From positions 172,608,001 through 172,672,000 of the forward strand of contig NC_042998.1 of NCBI RefSeq assembly GCF_006345805.1: 64,000 nucleotides of DNA, read 5' to 3'. A program made the position numbers and the translations under genes. Positions 41,041 to 55,650 of this stretch are shown one piece after another. Position 1 is the first letter of the stretch. The number at the start of each line of letters is the position of its first letter. The notes below the pieces were generated by a model. It did not search any database. It saw nothing but the letters and a program-made list of their open reading frames with translations, and was not told the origin of the DNA. Origin of the DNA: Octopus sinensis (taxonomy: Eukaryota).

Positions 41041-41840
41041 ACATTAAAATAACTGTCTCGATATACATGATTTCGACTTACAAGATAGCCCGATGAAGCA
41101 ATCTACCGTATAAGTCAAGGGTAAGTCTATGTGCGCGTGCGTATAATTGTGTCTGTGTATACACGCACACATACATACGCGTATATAGTGGGAGACAGAA
41201 AAAAGAGAAGATAGAAAGATAGATAAATATATGGAGATAAATATGCATATACGTGTGTTTGTGTGTGTATGTGCGTGCATGTGTGTGTGATAGTGTATGT
41301 GTGCATCTGTGTTTGTGTGTATGTGTGTGTGTGAAAGTGTATGTGTGCATCTGTGTGTGTGTGTATGAGCGTGTGTGCGTGCGTGTATTTGTGTATGCGC
41401 TTCAGGCTGCTGTCAATTCCAAAACACACTCCACATATCCTATTATTTTTACATGTAAGTATACAATATTGCAATAAAATTCCGGAAAGTTCGCATAGAG
41501 AGAAGAAACACTGTCTTTACACATAAACGAAAGCATATATTTGAAATATACATAAAGACAAGAGAACACATATCTTTAAAAGGTGGTTATCGGATGTAGA
41601 ATGTCTTAAAATATTAAATGCAAGTCATTTCTAAGATTTAAACGTCTAACAAAGTTTGGTATATGTCAGAGCCCAGCGGCTTTAAGACTAAACAAAGGAA
41701 ATATGCCATTTAGCAAGAAAGACGCACATGCAAATATTGATACAAGACATGTGTGGTTATGCAATCCACATGATTTCGGCTTCAAATCTGCTGCGCGGCA
41801 TCTTGGACAAGTAAACCACGGAATAGTAAATACGTTTTGC

Positions 41841-42000
41841 GTATGTATGTATGTATGTATGTATGTATGTATGTATGTATGTATGTATGTATGCATGCAT
41901 GCATGTATGTATGTATGTATGTATGCATGCATGTATGTATGTATGTATGTATGTATGTATGTATGTATGTATGTATTTATGTATGTATGTATGTATGTGT
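41841..42000. repeat. (TATG)n microsatellite
   Basis: Direct reading. Confidence 0.95.
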
Positions 42001-43728
42001 GTGCATGTATGTGTGTGTGTGTACCGTTCAGAGCAGCGTATCGATAGATACATATAAGCATCAATCGTGGGACAATTGAAAGCAGTCCTAATAAAAGATT
42101 AAAAAATATTGAACAGTACCAATGAAAAAATAACCATGCAGTACGGAAGTCAGTTACTTGTCAGAAATGGCAACCAAATTTCCTATATCTTTTAAAAAGA
42201 TGGTTCTACTGATAATGTAGCCTGTAAGAAAAAGTGATCTGGACCGAATACATTACATACCAAATAAGAATAACCGCGATAAGAGAAACATTCTTCCTAC
42301 TTTAGATCATTGTCTATAAATAACACACGGCGTGCGTGCGCACACCCACTTATATACACAGTATCTTTGATAGGATCTTTAAAAAGCGTTATAAGTGTTA
42401 CATGACTTATTGTAGGAAAATAACACCCTGTTTTAGTATCTATGGTGGCAGAGGGCACATGCACTCATAGTCCTTGAACAACGGTCATCATATGAAGTGG
42501 AATGCAACTCTTATTTTTTACTGCTTTGGATACAGGAGGAAAGTGAATACGTCTGGCGTTGAACTGACTTTCTAGTATTTTGACTAAGCCAGTAAAAATA
42601 ACAATCTCCTTGAAACATTATCATAGATAACCTGAAATATATGTTGAAGATGACAATTTAAAATCAGTGAGACTCATTACAAAAACAGAAAAAAAAGAAA
42701 AAGAAAACGAATAGAAAAAATTGAATAAAATCTTCAAATCAAACAAAACCTCCTATGGATTAAAAACATTGTTTTCAGCCAGTGAAATAAAAGAGACATT
42801 GAACAGGTTATCATTAAACAAAATCAGAAAGAGCAACGGAAAAATTGATTTTGTCACAAACACAATCATAAAAACTCTTTCAAGATAATTGTTAGAATTA
42901 ACAGCTTCTTTGAAAATATCGAAGGTGATAATTTTATTACATTGGATAATTAGTAGGTCGTAACATTCGCGTGAGATGCAACTAACGGTCCAAACAGGAA
43001 TAAAGTTCCTATATCCAAAAGTGAGCTTATCTGAAAATACCAAACATAGAAAATAGAATATAAGCTTAGAAGCTACAAATTCATACTGTGTAATAAGAGG
43101 TTTTAAAGACAACTGAAAAGAACTTGATCAAAAAGAGAGACTGAAAGTTCTATACATGGATCGGAATGATGGTTTTCTGAACTCTATAAAAACTGAAAAT
43201 TAACTGTATTTTCATATTTTATTGCTTGCTATTTCAGAAAACTAGAATTTATTTATAGCTTCTGCAAGGGCAAAGATGCCACTAAATTTTATAGATATGC
43301 CGGTATTGAAAGACATTCATCGAAATATTGATATCTCAGCTCCTTTTTGTATAGAACCAGATATCAACCACAATAATTCATCTTTTCCAATAACTGTCAA
43401 CAAAAACTAATCATGGATTTCTTGCCGACCATTCGAAATGCCGATCGTAACCCTTGGTTTACATTTGACCTCAGGATACAATGAAGCCAACAGACCAAAT
43501 TCCACTCTTGGGATTTTCACTCATCACATATGCAAACCCGAATTTACTTTCTAAAATTACCCTATTGATTTTTCTTTTATACATTTACTTCGTGAAAATC
43601 GTTTACCGACAAAATTATTCAACTAGACATTCGATTCACTTATTGTTACTAATACCTCACCGATGTTCTGGATAAAGTTAAGTCTTTAAAATCATTATTT
43701 AGTGAAAGAGAAGGAAGTAACATCATGA

Positions 43729-43759
43729 TCTTTCTAGGTTCTACTAGAACCTAGAAAGA
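43729..43759. repeat. Perfect 31-bp palindrome
   Basis: TCTTTCTAGGTTCTA-C-TAGAACCTAGAAAGA. Confidence 0.9.
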
Positions 43760-46499
43760 GACTGATGTTGAATAAACTCAGTCATTCTCATTCCTAATAT
43801 GAGCAACGACGATGATGACTCAATAAGTCTAGTTTTCGGACTAACAAATACTTTAAAGACTATTTGAACGGGATACTGAGGAAGGCAGGAGCGAGTTCAA
43901 GATGACAAGCAATTTAACTTCAAGACTCGCAAGTGGTGAGGGAAGAATGTGATAACAAAACCATTTGTGTACATCCAAAGATCTTAGTTAAAAAGAGATG
44001 TCATCAGTACAGCCCCAAATGTAGTCAAATAACTGCACCCAGCTGAAAGTTTTGGAGAAAATGTGCTTGGGTGGATGAGCAAAAGACACTATTCGAGTAA
44101 CTGAAAAATATCAATTGTTGATTACATAAGAGAGATGGATGATAAGATAAGTGGTTACCAGATAAAGTCAGCTCCCATATTTCATAAACTAGAATATTGA
44201 GTTTCTGTTTGGAAAAAGTAGAATGTATTGGAGATAGAGGATAACAGAAATATGGCGCACAAAAAAGAAGATATGGTGTGTGTGTGTGTGTGTGTGGGTG
44301 TGATGTGCTTAGTTAGAAATGGTATAAGAGTTGTAACAACGTCTATAGATATTGGTAGAAAATGAGACAGAATTGCGAGGTGGTTTTAGTCTCAATATTC
44401 GTTTGAAATAGCTTTGTGAAAATATGAATATTTGGTGAAAGTGTAAAAGTAAAGGATCATTCTTGTTTTAAAGCTAACGTTGATCGTTACGGCGTTAGTA
44501 TAAGTTAGGGTCCTCAGAGAGACTCCGGAAATGTTATTTGGTGAAAATAACAGAGGTAAAAGAGGATATACAATTATGTAGCACTTAAGAAAGCTGTAAT
44601 CGGAGCACAACTTTCAGTTTAGATCATCTCAAATTCCGGTTATTGCTCTTCCCGATGAATCCATTTCCGTCGAAACGCTGCAAAACTCAGCGCGAAATGC
44701 AAAGGAATGTATAGGTGGAAGTATCATGTTGGGAAATGTATTATCCTTAAATTGGCAGCTTTACCCAGACATTTGTAATAGAGTCAACTCAACTACAGTT
44801 GCTCAACAGCGAGAGAATGACACTCATCAGGTTGGCGTTTAAGCTTTTGTCCCTAGCTGGACTGTGTTTTGTCGTACTGCCAGAATTAGAGACGTTGTTT
44901 CTTTATTTCAGAATAAGTATGTCTGCTAAGAAAGGACATTCCCTTAATGGACGTTTTTCATTGTCACAGATAAAATGAACAAGAGTAAATGGATTAAAGA
45001 AAATACGATACTTCTTGACGGTATTTCTGCTGATCTCTGGAGTATGAACCAGTATGAGGACTATCTGTTGCTCAATATAATGTCTAGTTTTGACACGTCT
45101 ATTTACGAACACACAGGCACACACACGCATTATTCATACAAAAATAAAACAGAACCACACAAACATAATTCTTTCATACATTATGTGACAAACATTTTGA
45201 ACTAACAGAAGCGAAAAACTGAAATGCATCTTCGAATTAAGTTGATATCGCGTTCACTTTATATTCGCTATAATGAAATTAACTGGAGAAAATAGAGATA
45301 TTTGGAAAGCTAAAGAAAAAAAGTGAACGTCATTCATAATTTCAGTTCTTAAGTAAAATTAATGGCATTCAAAACTTCAAAAACTAAAAAAATATTGCAA
45401 TAGTTTATGAGGAATTGAATATGATTTTAGTTAAACAGGTTATTAAAAATGACACTGCTGTTAAGACAACATATTATTAGAATATCCACTATGAAAAATA
45501 AAACAGCCGTGTTCTATTCACACACACACACACACACACACCCACACCCACACACACACACACATACACACACACACATTCTCACATTCACACAAACATA
45601 TACACGCAAATGTATTCATAAAACATTAAATGGCTTGTAATAACAAAATCGGAAATGTAGATGGTCATTATTGCTAGAGTAAATTTATGGGCATCAGATT
45701 CTGATTACACAAATTAATACAGCCCGTAAAATATTAAATAAACAATTCCTCGATCACGAACTGTGATACTAAGTTGTTATTTAACATAATCTCATATTGT
45801 GCAGACAATGGGAAATGATTGAAAAGAGAGGAATGTTCCGTTAGATAAATTAAGGCATCATATTGAGAATAGGAAATTGGAGTACCGATCTCACTTAGAG
45901 ATTCATTGCCCGGTTCACTGGACGTCTAATAATGATAGGATACAGCCATTATGGAATACCAGAACAATTAACAGGACAAAAGAAGGTTCTAATAGTGTTT
46001 GTATTTTGTTTATGTAATTACCCTCTACGCATGATACAGTTTCACCGCATTATACTTCATAGAAATTTTGTTTTGAACAAAAGTTACTTAGTAAGCGAGC
46101 CACAAGCGATAGAGATTATCCCCCAAGCTGCATCTTCCATAAACACATACACCTTATTCTTTTCTTTATCTATAATTATATTCTGCCTTTTCTGCTTCTA
46201 TCTTGTCAAAGAACACAGTGTCCCGGAAACGCGATACCTTTTCTTTTCCTTTACAGTGTAACATACTGACTTTGGGCTGTTCGTCGTTTTTATATTTCGT
46301 TTTAGTTTCTTCCTTGCCTTTGCTCATACTTTGTCTTCTGGATATATGCATATTAACTAATGCATGACATGATCGAATCTGAGACAGTTGCATCTAAATT
46401 CATTTGTATTGTCATTATCTAAGCTTTGGATTTACGTCCTTTGATTATTGTAATCTGAATATTTTCTTGGCATAATGGTAATAACAATAAATAATTCGT

Positions 46500-46670
46500 T
46501 TGAGTAAGCTTAAGATCTTAGTAGTTTGGCCAAAGAGATCGAAAGAATAAGTACCACACTTAAAAAGAAAAGAATTTTAGTAGCTGGGTCATTTTTTTCG
46601 ACTCAAACCATTCTGGTGTGCTCCAACATGTCCAACGATGGAAAGAAGTAAAAGATAAAAGATAAAGATA
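46500..46670 (+). mobile_element. Old SINE 3' fragment
   Basis: GAATAAGTACC...TTCGACT...GTGCTCCAACATG...(GATAAAA)n tail, related to the 31830 family tail. Confidence 0.55.
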
Positions 46671-47189
46671 CCACCCTTCACCATTTAGTACATTAATTAA
46701 TGCTGCCCGGTCGCTAAAAATTTAAGAATTAATAATATTTTAAAAGTGAATTTCTCTTCTTCAAAAATGCTATGTCAAGTAGATGCGCGTAGTTACGACT
46801 TCTGTCTCACGGCTTACTTTCTGCAGATAGCTGATCGATGACTGCCACTCTTTCAGAGGTTAACCGGAAAGCAATTATGAATTTGCAACGTTCAGGTTTC
46901 TCTTTTTAGATATTATTTAAGTAAAATTTCTTCAATTGATAGATTAAATCAGATCACATCTCGCTAATAACGTTCCTTGTACGGTCTATATATTCTTAGT
47001 TTTGTTTATTGGCTTCTGTTATTGGATTAGACCGCAGTTATATAGATATGTCGCTTACAAGGATCTCTTTTATGATAAAATTTATCTCACTAATTGTCTG
47101 TTGGTTATTTTATTTGCATCACAGCGGTGCTCTCTTAAGCTATGGGCACACTGGGCAGCTGTGTATGTGTGTGTACGTGTGTGTGTGTG

Positions 47190-47740
47190 GGAAATCTTTT
47201 TCCTGCGAGAGTTCCAGACCCTAGTTATGAACTCATTTGCATACAGCCAATCAGAGTTCAACTATTAAACTAATTTGTGAGCGCATAAGTGATGGGCGAT
47301 AAGATAAGATCATTTGGGTAAGGAATGAACATGCTTCTTTTCTCTTTTAATAATGCTTCTTGTTTTTTTGTCTTTGTTTCAATCATGGCGGCCCCTGCGT
47401 AGTTATTTGTGCTGCAGTTTACTTTATAAAACAGCAAGGGAAAAGAGTTGCTAGCACATCAACCTTTACCCACTTTTTTCCCATCCACGTCTTTACCACA
47501 TGGAACCCTAACAAAATCCAATAATCGGTATAGATGAAAATCTATTTAATTACTTGTCGCCTTCTAAAATCAGGCATAACTTGGCGATCGGTCGACTTAC
47601 AACACCGTTCTTCGTCTTGAGTTTACTTTGTAGGATGTGTTTGTTAACTTGACAACAAGATCAAGGTAAGCTCTGATTGGCTCTATGCAAATGAGTTCAT
47701 TACTGGGATCCGGAACTCTCGTGAGAACAAAAATTTCGCG
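47190..47740. mobile_element. MITE-like element, ~550 bp, ~72-bp imperfect TIRs
   Basis: 47190-47260 (GAGAGTTCCAGACCCTAGTTATGAACTCATTTGCATACAGCCAATCAGAG) is inverse to 47667-47740. Confidence 0.8.
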
Positions 47741-48536
47741 TCCGGGGTCCCCACAGTGGAAGAGGTTCATTGCTAATCTATGTATATTGTGGTTGTATAT
47801 GTAATAAAACAGTCATGCCTTTTAGGGTACAAGGGCAAAGTCAATCGGGAAGGAAAAGGATATAAATACTGCAAAATACCAAATGATCTCTTTTCATCGA
47901 ACCAATTTTGTTCAGACATCTCTCGCAGATCTCTCTCTCTCTCTTTCTCCCCTCCCCCTCTCTCTCTCGCACACAGACATACACACAGAGACACACAGAG
48001 ACGCACGCACACAGTCATTCTTTTTCAAATAGAAAACAAGCAAGGATGAATTAAGATTGTATGAACTTCACGCTCTTCCCAAAGATTTTGATGGCGTAAA
48101 ATGAAATAATGTGAATTAGTTTCATCCGGAATAAGCTCAAGGTCGAAAAGAATCTATTTGTCTAATTAGTCAGCCTGTTTTATGCCATGCATTGATTTAA
48201 ACACAAACAAACTCTCATGTACAGACTTGGTCTTACTTTTATTTTTCAACGTAAGAAACATTGTGCTGAGTCGTGCTAGGAATGCAGAATTTAACTTGCA
48301 GCGAAGTGTTCCTTTTTATAGACTTTAATTCTTGCTTGAAAATGAAATGAAAATGACTCGAAATATAATTGGAGTCGCTAACTTCCATATCAGTAAGTCA
48401 ATTAAATTACTACTAGAAATATAAACATATCAGCTACATCCCTTACGTAGTCACTTGACATGTTAAACATTACAGCGGAATTTTGCTCGAATCATACTCA
48501 ATCGTCTTAAAAAGAAACAAGTGTATTCAGAGAGCG

Positions 48537-48897
48537 AAAACTTCCGCCAAGGCAACATCAACGTCCTCTCAACGATTAGCCAGGAATGAGTTTTAAAATG
48601 AAAATATCTGAAATAAACTCGACTACTCTCATTAACGAGAATACTAAAAATGAACCCGACCGCTCTCAAAAATAAAGTAAAAGAAAAACAGGAAAAATAT
48701 TCCAGAATCCTTGTCCTGTACCGGATCGCTCCCAAACTCTGATCAGTTCGTGCCAGTAACAAAGTCAAACATCTCTGAAAGTTTCATCCGAATTCATCCA
48801 GTGGTTCTTGAGATATCTTGTCCACGGACAAACCAACAAACAAACACGACTGAAAAAAATACTTCCGTCTTCGCTAAAGCGGAGGTAATAATAGATT
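48537..48897 (-). mobile_element. Non-autonomous repeat, Helentron-associated (HINE/DINE-1-like) by resemblance
   Basis: Minus strand TTATTACCTCCGCTTTAGCG...(GTTT)n...GACAAGATATCTCAAGAACCACTGGATG; CTTCCGCCAAGGC at the other end. Family call is inference. Confidence 0.45.
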
Positions 48898-49437
48898 GGA
48901 CAATTTAGATCTATATAAAATACGAGCAAAACAATGGACAGTGCTGAGTTGTCAAACATTTAAACCAAATTTTCTGTAAACGACTTGTCCGACTGTCCTA
49001 TAGGCCTCCCCTTTGAGAAACACTGATTTACCTAAATTTGAGACTCCAGCAAAAGAAGTAATAAAGATAGACTTTTTTCTATTTCAAAGAAAAACGATTT
49101 TATTCACACAAATATGCAATCGAAGAATTTAAAATACCAGTAATGATACGGCTGTTGACTAGGAGAAAACAAACATGGTTTAAATAATAAGCTTGGCAGG
49201 AAAGAAACATGCCTTTAAGTAGTACAAAAACAACAAAAAATGGAAGGTGGAGTTATGTACAGGTTGACGGAAGAAAAGCAGGACAAAAATGGCTTTATCG
49301 ATCGCATTCTCACCTGGAATCGATTTTTGTTAATATTTCAAGACTTATACATGCTCTAATACAGTCGGTATCTACATATCAAATTTGAGCGCAATCGGAT
49401 GGAAGATGCTCGAGATCCTAGAAGACACACACACACA

Positions 49438-49480
<43 letters not shown>

Positions 49481-49483
<3 letters not shown>

Positions 49484-50723
49484 CGGATGTTATATAAGAG
49501 ATGATTCATTAAATGACTATTTGGTCATAATTAGACTGTTTTTGAATATAGGACTGTTTTACAAGGACTAACTTGGAGCTAAATAATATGGATATGAACA
49601 ATAAAAAAACAACAGCAATGGAAATCGTTATTGCGCTCTTGACTAAAATGTATTGTTAAGAGATTCTGCAAACTCCAATTAATCCAGTACATAAAATATC
49701 ACGTAGATACTTCCTAAATCACACTCTAAGTCATTGTTTAATATCTTATCATATTGTTCAGGCAACACAGAATGAATGAAAAAGAGACGAATGTTCCATA
49801 AGATAACTTGCTAAAGCATCACGCTGCGAATAGGAATTACAAGTGCCAGTCTCACTAATAGGCTCATTGCTTGCTTCACTGGATGACTGATAACAAAAGA
49901 GCATAACCATTATGGAATATTACAAGTGTTAAACGTACGAAAGGCATAATGAAGGATTTACTTAAGGACTGCGTCTTTCTTTTACATTTCTTTCATAATT
50001 ATCCATCTACCTGAAGATATTGTTTCACTGTAGTAATGAATTACATAGAGATTATATCATCAATATCTTGTGACGAGGTTGAAGAGAAAAGCTTCAAACG
50101 TCTGAATTCATTACTACGCACGGAACCAAAGTAATTCTCACACTTAAAAGGAACTGTAGCGTATAAGATTGGTTCAGTTAAGATTCCTCAAGAATCCTCC
50201 TCCTTCTCCTCTGCGACATCATCATCCTCGTCATCATCATCGTCAAAAAGGAAACGACTTATTTATTAATGTAGCTCAGGATATCGCCAAAGAGATGGGA
50301 TGATTCTGACTGGAATGTCTTTGACCGTAGAACTGCTTAATCAATGCTGACTTTGTACTGCACAAACAACAATAACATCGATATAAAGCAAATATGATGT
50401 GTAATATATATGTGCCTGAGGTGTTAGGATATTATTGAGGAATGGCGATGAATATTGGTGGCACCGAGAAGAGATTAATTGGATTTAACCTATGCTGGAT
50501 TCTGATGAGTGTCACAATTCTGTACTGAGCTACGAATTGGCACTTGTCTGTACAAAGCAGGGTTAGAGTCTAAATTTGAAAATGAATTCGGCAACGAAGA
50601 GGCATCTTCTGATTACTCGATCTAAGATACGGTAGGCCAATTTCTCTCAAACTGTCCCTGTGCATCAGATCGAAACAGGTTAACACTTTTATTCTTCATT
50701 GCGCACTACAACAACAACACACA

Positions 50724-50789
<66 letters not shown>

Positions 50790-52024
50790 CGGATGTTATA
50801 TAAGAGATGATTCATTAAATGTCTATTTGGTCATAATTAGACTGTTTTTGAATATAGGACTGTTTTACAAGGACTAACTTGGAGCTAAATAATATGGATA
50901 TGAACAATAAAAAAACAACAGCAATGGAAATCGTTATTGCGCTCTTGACTAAAATGTATTGTTAAGAGATTCTGCAAACTCCAATTAATCCAGTACATAA
51001 AATATCACGTAGATACTTCCTAAATCACACTCTAAGTCATTGTTTAATATCTTATCATATTGTTCAGGCAACACAGAATGAATGAAAAAGAGACGAATGT
51101 TCCATAAGATAACTTGCTAAAGCATCACGCTGCGAATAGGAATTACAAGTGCCAGTCTCACTAATAGGCTCATTGCTTGCTTCACTGGATGACTGATAAC
51201 AAAAGAGCATAACCATTATGGAATATTACAAGTGTTAAACGTACGAAAGGCATAATGAAGGATTTACTTAAGGACTGCGTCTTTCTTTTACATTTCTTTC
51301 ATAATTATCCATCTACCTGAAGATATTGTTTCACTGTAGTAATGAATTACATAGAGATTATATCATCAATATCTTGTGACGAGGTTGAAGAGAAAAGCTT
51401 CAAACGTCTGAATTCATTACTACGCACGGAACCAAAGTAATTCTCACACTTAAAAGGAACTGTAGCGTATAAGATTGGTTCAGTTAAGATTCCTCAAGAA
51501 TCCTCCTCCTTCTCCTCTGCGACATCATCATCCTCGTCATCATCATCGTCAAAAAGGAAACGACTTATTTATTAATGTAGCTCAGGATATCGCCAAAGAG
51601 ATGGGATGATTCTGACTGGAATGTCTTTGACCGTAGAACTGCTTAATCAATGCTGACTTTGTACTGCACAAACAACAATAACATCGATATAAAGCAAATA
51701 TGATGTGTAATATATATGTGCCTGAGGTGTTAGGATATTATTGAGGAATGGCGATGAATATTGGTGGCACCGAGAAGAGATTAATTGGATTTAACCTATG
51801 CTGGATTCTGATGAGTGTCACAATTCTGTACTGAGCTACGAATTGGCACTTGTCTGTACAAAGCAGGGTTAGAGTCTAAATTTGAAAATGAATTCGGCAA
51901 CGAAGAGGCATCTTCTGATTACTCGATCTAAGATACGGTAGGCCAATTTCTCTCAAACTGTCCCTGTGCATCAGATCGAAACAGGTTAACACTTTTATTC
52001 TTCATTGCGCACTACAACAACAAC
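49481..52024 (+). repeat. Tandem duplication, period 1306 bp, units bounded by (CA)n
   Basis: 49481-50718 repeats at 50787-52024; only one substitution noticed (49516 A vs 50822 T). Confidence 0.97.
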
Positions 52025-52029
52025 ACACA

Positions 52030-52060
<31 letters not shown>

Positions 52061-52070
52061 GTATAGAAAA

Positions 52071-52486
52071 GGCGGCGAGCTGGCAGAAACGTTAGCACGC
52101 CGGGCGAAATGCGTAGCCGTATTTCGTCTGCCGTTACGTTGTGAGTTTAAATTCCATCGAGGTCGACTTTGCCTTTCGTCCTTTCGGGGTCGATAAAATA
52201 AGTACCAGTTACGCAGTGGGGTCGATGTAATCGAATTAATCCGTTTGTCTGTCCTTGTTTGTTCCCTCTGTGTTTAGCCCCTTGTGGGTAATAAAGAAAT
52301 AGGTATTTCGTCTGCCGTTACGTTCTGAGTTCAAATTCTGACGAGGTCGACTTTACCTTTCATCCTTTCAGGGTCGATAAATTAAGTACCAGTTACGCAC
52401 TGGGGTCGATGTAATCGACTTAATCCCTTTGTTTATCCTTGTTTGTTCCCTCTATGTTTAGCCCCTTGTGGGCAATAAACAAATAA
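52071..52486 (+). mobile_element. Octopus-type SINE (52071-52301) plus tandem head-truncated copy (52302-52486)
   Basis: Both match 33628-33858. Confidence 0.92.
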
Positions 52487-52529
52487 AAATACAAAGCTCC
52501 TTCGATGGAGGGTAGATAACGAAAATATT

Positions 52530-53420
52530 GTCACATTTTATACTTGAGAAAAGTCCTGCATATTTTTACTGTTTTACCTTACAGGTTGTATTTGTAATGT
52601 GCGAGCTAGTTGGTTGATTTCTTCTCCTAAAAATCCAAGCTTATCGAAACTGGCAGTCAGGCACTCGCAAAACCAGGCGCATAAATTATTATTGGCATAA
52701 ATGTAAATTTGTAATTTGGGTATAGAAGCTGGAGGTTTCGAAGCAGTTATGATAATAATGAAGTTATTTTGTATAGCGCTCGGGTGCACTACAACTCATC
52801 AAAGGTTGACTATAGTTATCTTCTTTCTCTTTCATTTTCAAAGAGATAGGTATTCACATCAGCAGGACAGAAACCTCTATGATGGTACATACCTTTCCAT
52901 GCATGTCCCAAACAACAATATCCGACCTGTTATGTTTACACTTGACAAGTGTTTGGACGGGAATTTTCCACCAGTATTCCTTGTGTTGATGTTTGTGTAC
53001 ATATTCCAGGACAGTCTTTTTTACGGATGGCATTGTATATTGTCTTTGCGACAACGTCCTGTCGCATAGGGAGATAGTACCTTGATGACATTTTTGGGCA
53101 GCTGCTAATCATGTGTGATGTCTTCCATCGAAATATGGCATAATATATATTTCCAATTGCATCTTGGAACTCCAAGGGTTTCACTGTCTCTTTTGTTGAT
53201 TAGCTATTTAGTAGCAATCTCCTGTTCTTGGATTGCAAATGCATAGCCTTTGAAATGTGCTGTGAGGTAGCGGCCACGTGTTCAAGAAAACTTCATTTCA
53301 AGTCAATATTTCTGTCTTCTACAAGTTTTCGGGAAACATACCCATGCCTGGTCTTTTTTTTTATGTGTTGAGCGTTTCACAGCTAGGCCTTATTTGGTGT
53401 ATGACCGTGTTAGCGAAATT
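52530..53420 (-). mobile_element. Degenerate RLE-type LINE (R4/Dong-like), CCHC + restriction-like endonuclease + 3' end
   Basis: HMISSCPKMSSRYYLPMRQDVVAKTIYNAI and WWKIPVQTLVKCKHNRSDIVVWDMHGKVCTIIEVSV (cf. RHD.VA and HNRPDIVV). Confidence 0.8.
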
Positions 53421-53671
53421 CCACGTGGAATAAGATGTATTTCTTAAAATCCGGTCTGAATGATACTACGTTGGTGAGTAAAAGTTGTTTCTTTTACTTA
53501 TAATGGGAGAAATAAGCCAGTTACTGATTTAGGGTCCAAGTGTATATAAGTGTACAAGAAAACGTTGAAAACAATTTTTTAAATCCTCTACACCTGAACA
53601 TCTGATATGTTGGTGCCATCTTGTATGTATCTATGTCTGTATGCATGCATGTATATAGGTATATACATATA

Positions 53672-53898
<227 letters not shown>

Positions 53899-53967
53899 TA
53901 ATTTTACTCTGCTATGTATTGAGTACCTTATTTACTGTGGTTAACCCCGAATCAACCCGGGACCTAC

Positions 53968-53999
<32 letters not shown>

Positions 54000-55650
54000 T
54001 ATGTATACACACACACACATATCAAAAACAGGCATATTTACAGAGAGGCTGAAATAAAAAAAATTGTTGCAATTAAATAGACAAGTAACCAAAGAAATTT
54101 TAATTTAACTAATTAATTATGTACATTACTCTTTCTATTTATGTGCAAAATTTCTTTTGTTTACGTGTTTAATTAGAGTTTCCAGCTTTTCAAAAATTAT
54201 TAATTGTCTAATGAATAAATGTTTAAAATATTAATTTTCTTAAATTCTCTGTAGAATTTATGAGACATCCTAATTTTTTTACAAGTTTATATTTTAATAT
54301 AAAAATGTTCAGACTGTTTTCTAACGAAGTACAGGATAAACGAATGCGATTTGATTGGATGTTATATTTAAGTATTTTTGTCTGTAATGATTAGATTACC
54401 GATTCAAAGAAACGTTGTATCATATCTAATACATTACAATAGACAGGTTTTCACAAGTAAATAAATAATGGAATACACTGAATATTCCCATAAAAATTTG
54501 AATTAGGATTTGTCTCATCTAAAATAACTACTAATTTCATTATAGGCCGTTAATAATAGAATGTGTAGAGAGCTGGACAAGATTGGAGTTCAGTTTGCAT
54601 AAGAATCGACTTTATCTGCATTCAAAGAGACATCTAAAATTTTAGAAATTGAAGTTACGGTTAGAATTACTGATTGGCTGCTCACTTTATCTGATATGAA
54701 CTGCATTTTGAAAAGAGTTTCAGCTGTCTATATAATGATTGTTTCCAATGAATTTATTTTTTTTATCATGCACTGCTTTTCAGTTTCTTTTTTCGAACCA
54801 TGGAAGTTTTGACATCCTGACGTGTCAGCTTGATTACTTGTAAGATATTATCCGTATTCTGTAATTATTGCCTTCAACGATAATTCGGCCTAGGTTTTGT
54901 TATCCTTATCACAAGTTCAAGAGATTTTTTTAATGTATGTAATGTTGTTTCCAGTTTGTTTAATTTCTAGTGGGAAACTGTATTAATCCTGACTATATCT
55001 CTGATACAGCATCTTTTTAGTCAGATTTAGAATTTCAGTGGATAACAGACTCGTCCTCATTTTATCCGTACGAGTGAATATATGAGTTAGGCAATGCGTT
55101 TTGTACGAATAAATTAATGACACCAGCCCAGACAGAAAAATTAAGAAAATACAACTGATAACGAAAAGGTTAGAAAACTGTTCGGAATGAAATGATTTAC
55201 AATACAGACAGGAGATTAAGAACATTAAAAAGTTATCCATAGGGAGTGAAAAGAGAGGCAAACTGAGTGATATTCACATATGTAACAGAAACTTATTATC
55301 GCATAGTGAGATGGTGAGAAGAATAGTAATAGTTGTGTACATTTTTCTAAAACTATTAATTTTCAGTTGAAAACTCAAGATGGTACAATAGCTTGGTTTT
55401 GCTTGAGATACATGTGGGAAAATGAACCAGCCATCAAGCACTTAAGGAATTTATTAAATGAATATATATATTTCCTAACACCCTGGTCACATTTAGTAAC
55501 GGTTGTAATTCTCCTTTTTGGTGAAACATTACAAACTGCTGTTTATATTAATTTTATACATGCACATAAGTAAATCGGTAAACCATTCAATTATCTGGAT
55601 GATGAAAACATAAATGCTAAAAGCAAAGGAAGTACGGAAAGATCTAAACA

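Noticed and set aside
42700-43700. Possible ancient LINE RT remnant (FSASEIKETLNRLSLNK)
   Set aside because: Single weak motif; too degenerate to support.
44650-44680. CCGAUGA...CGAAACGCU hammerhead-like string
   Set aside because: Core and cleavage triplet both mismatched, stems not paired.
49481-52024. Spacer/repeat pattern as a CRISPR array or satellite
   Set aside because: Eukaryotic context, only two units, no short conserved repeats with unique spacers, no cas genes.
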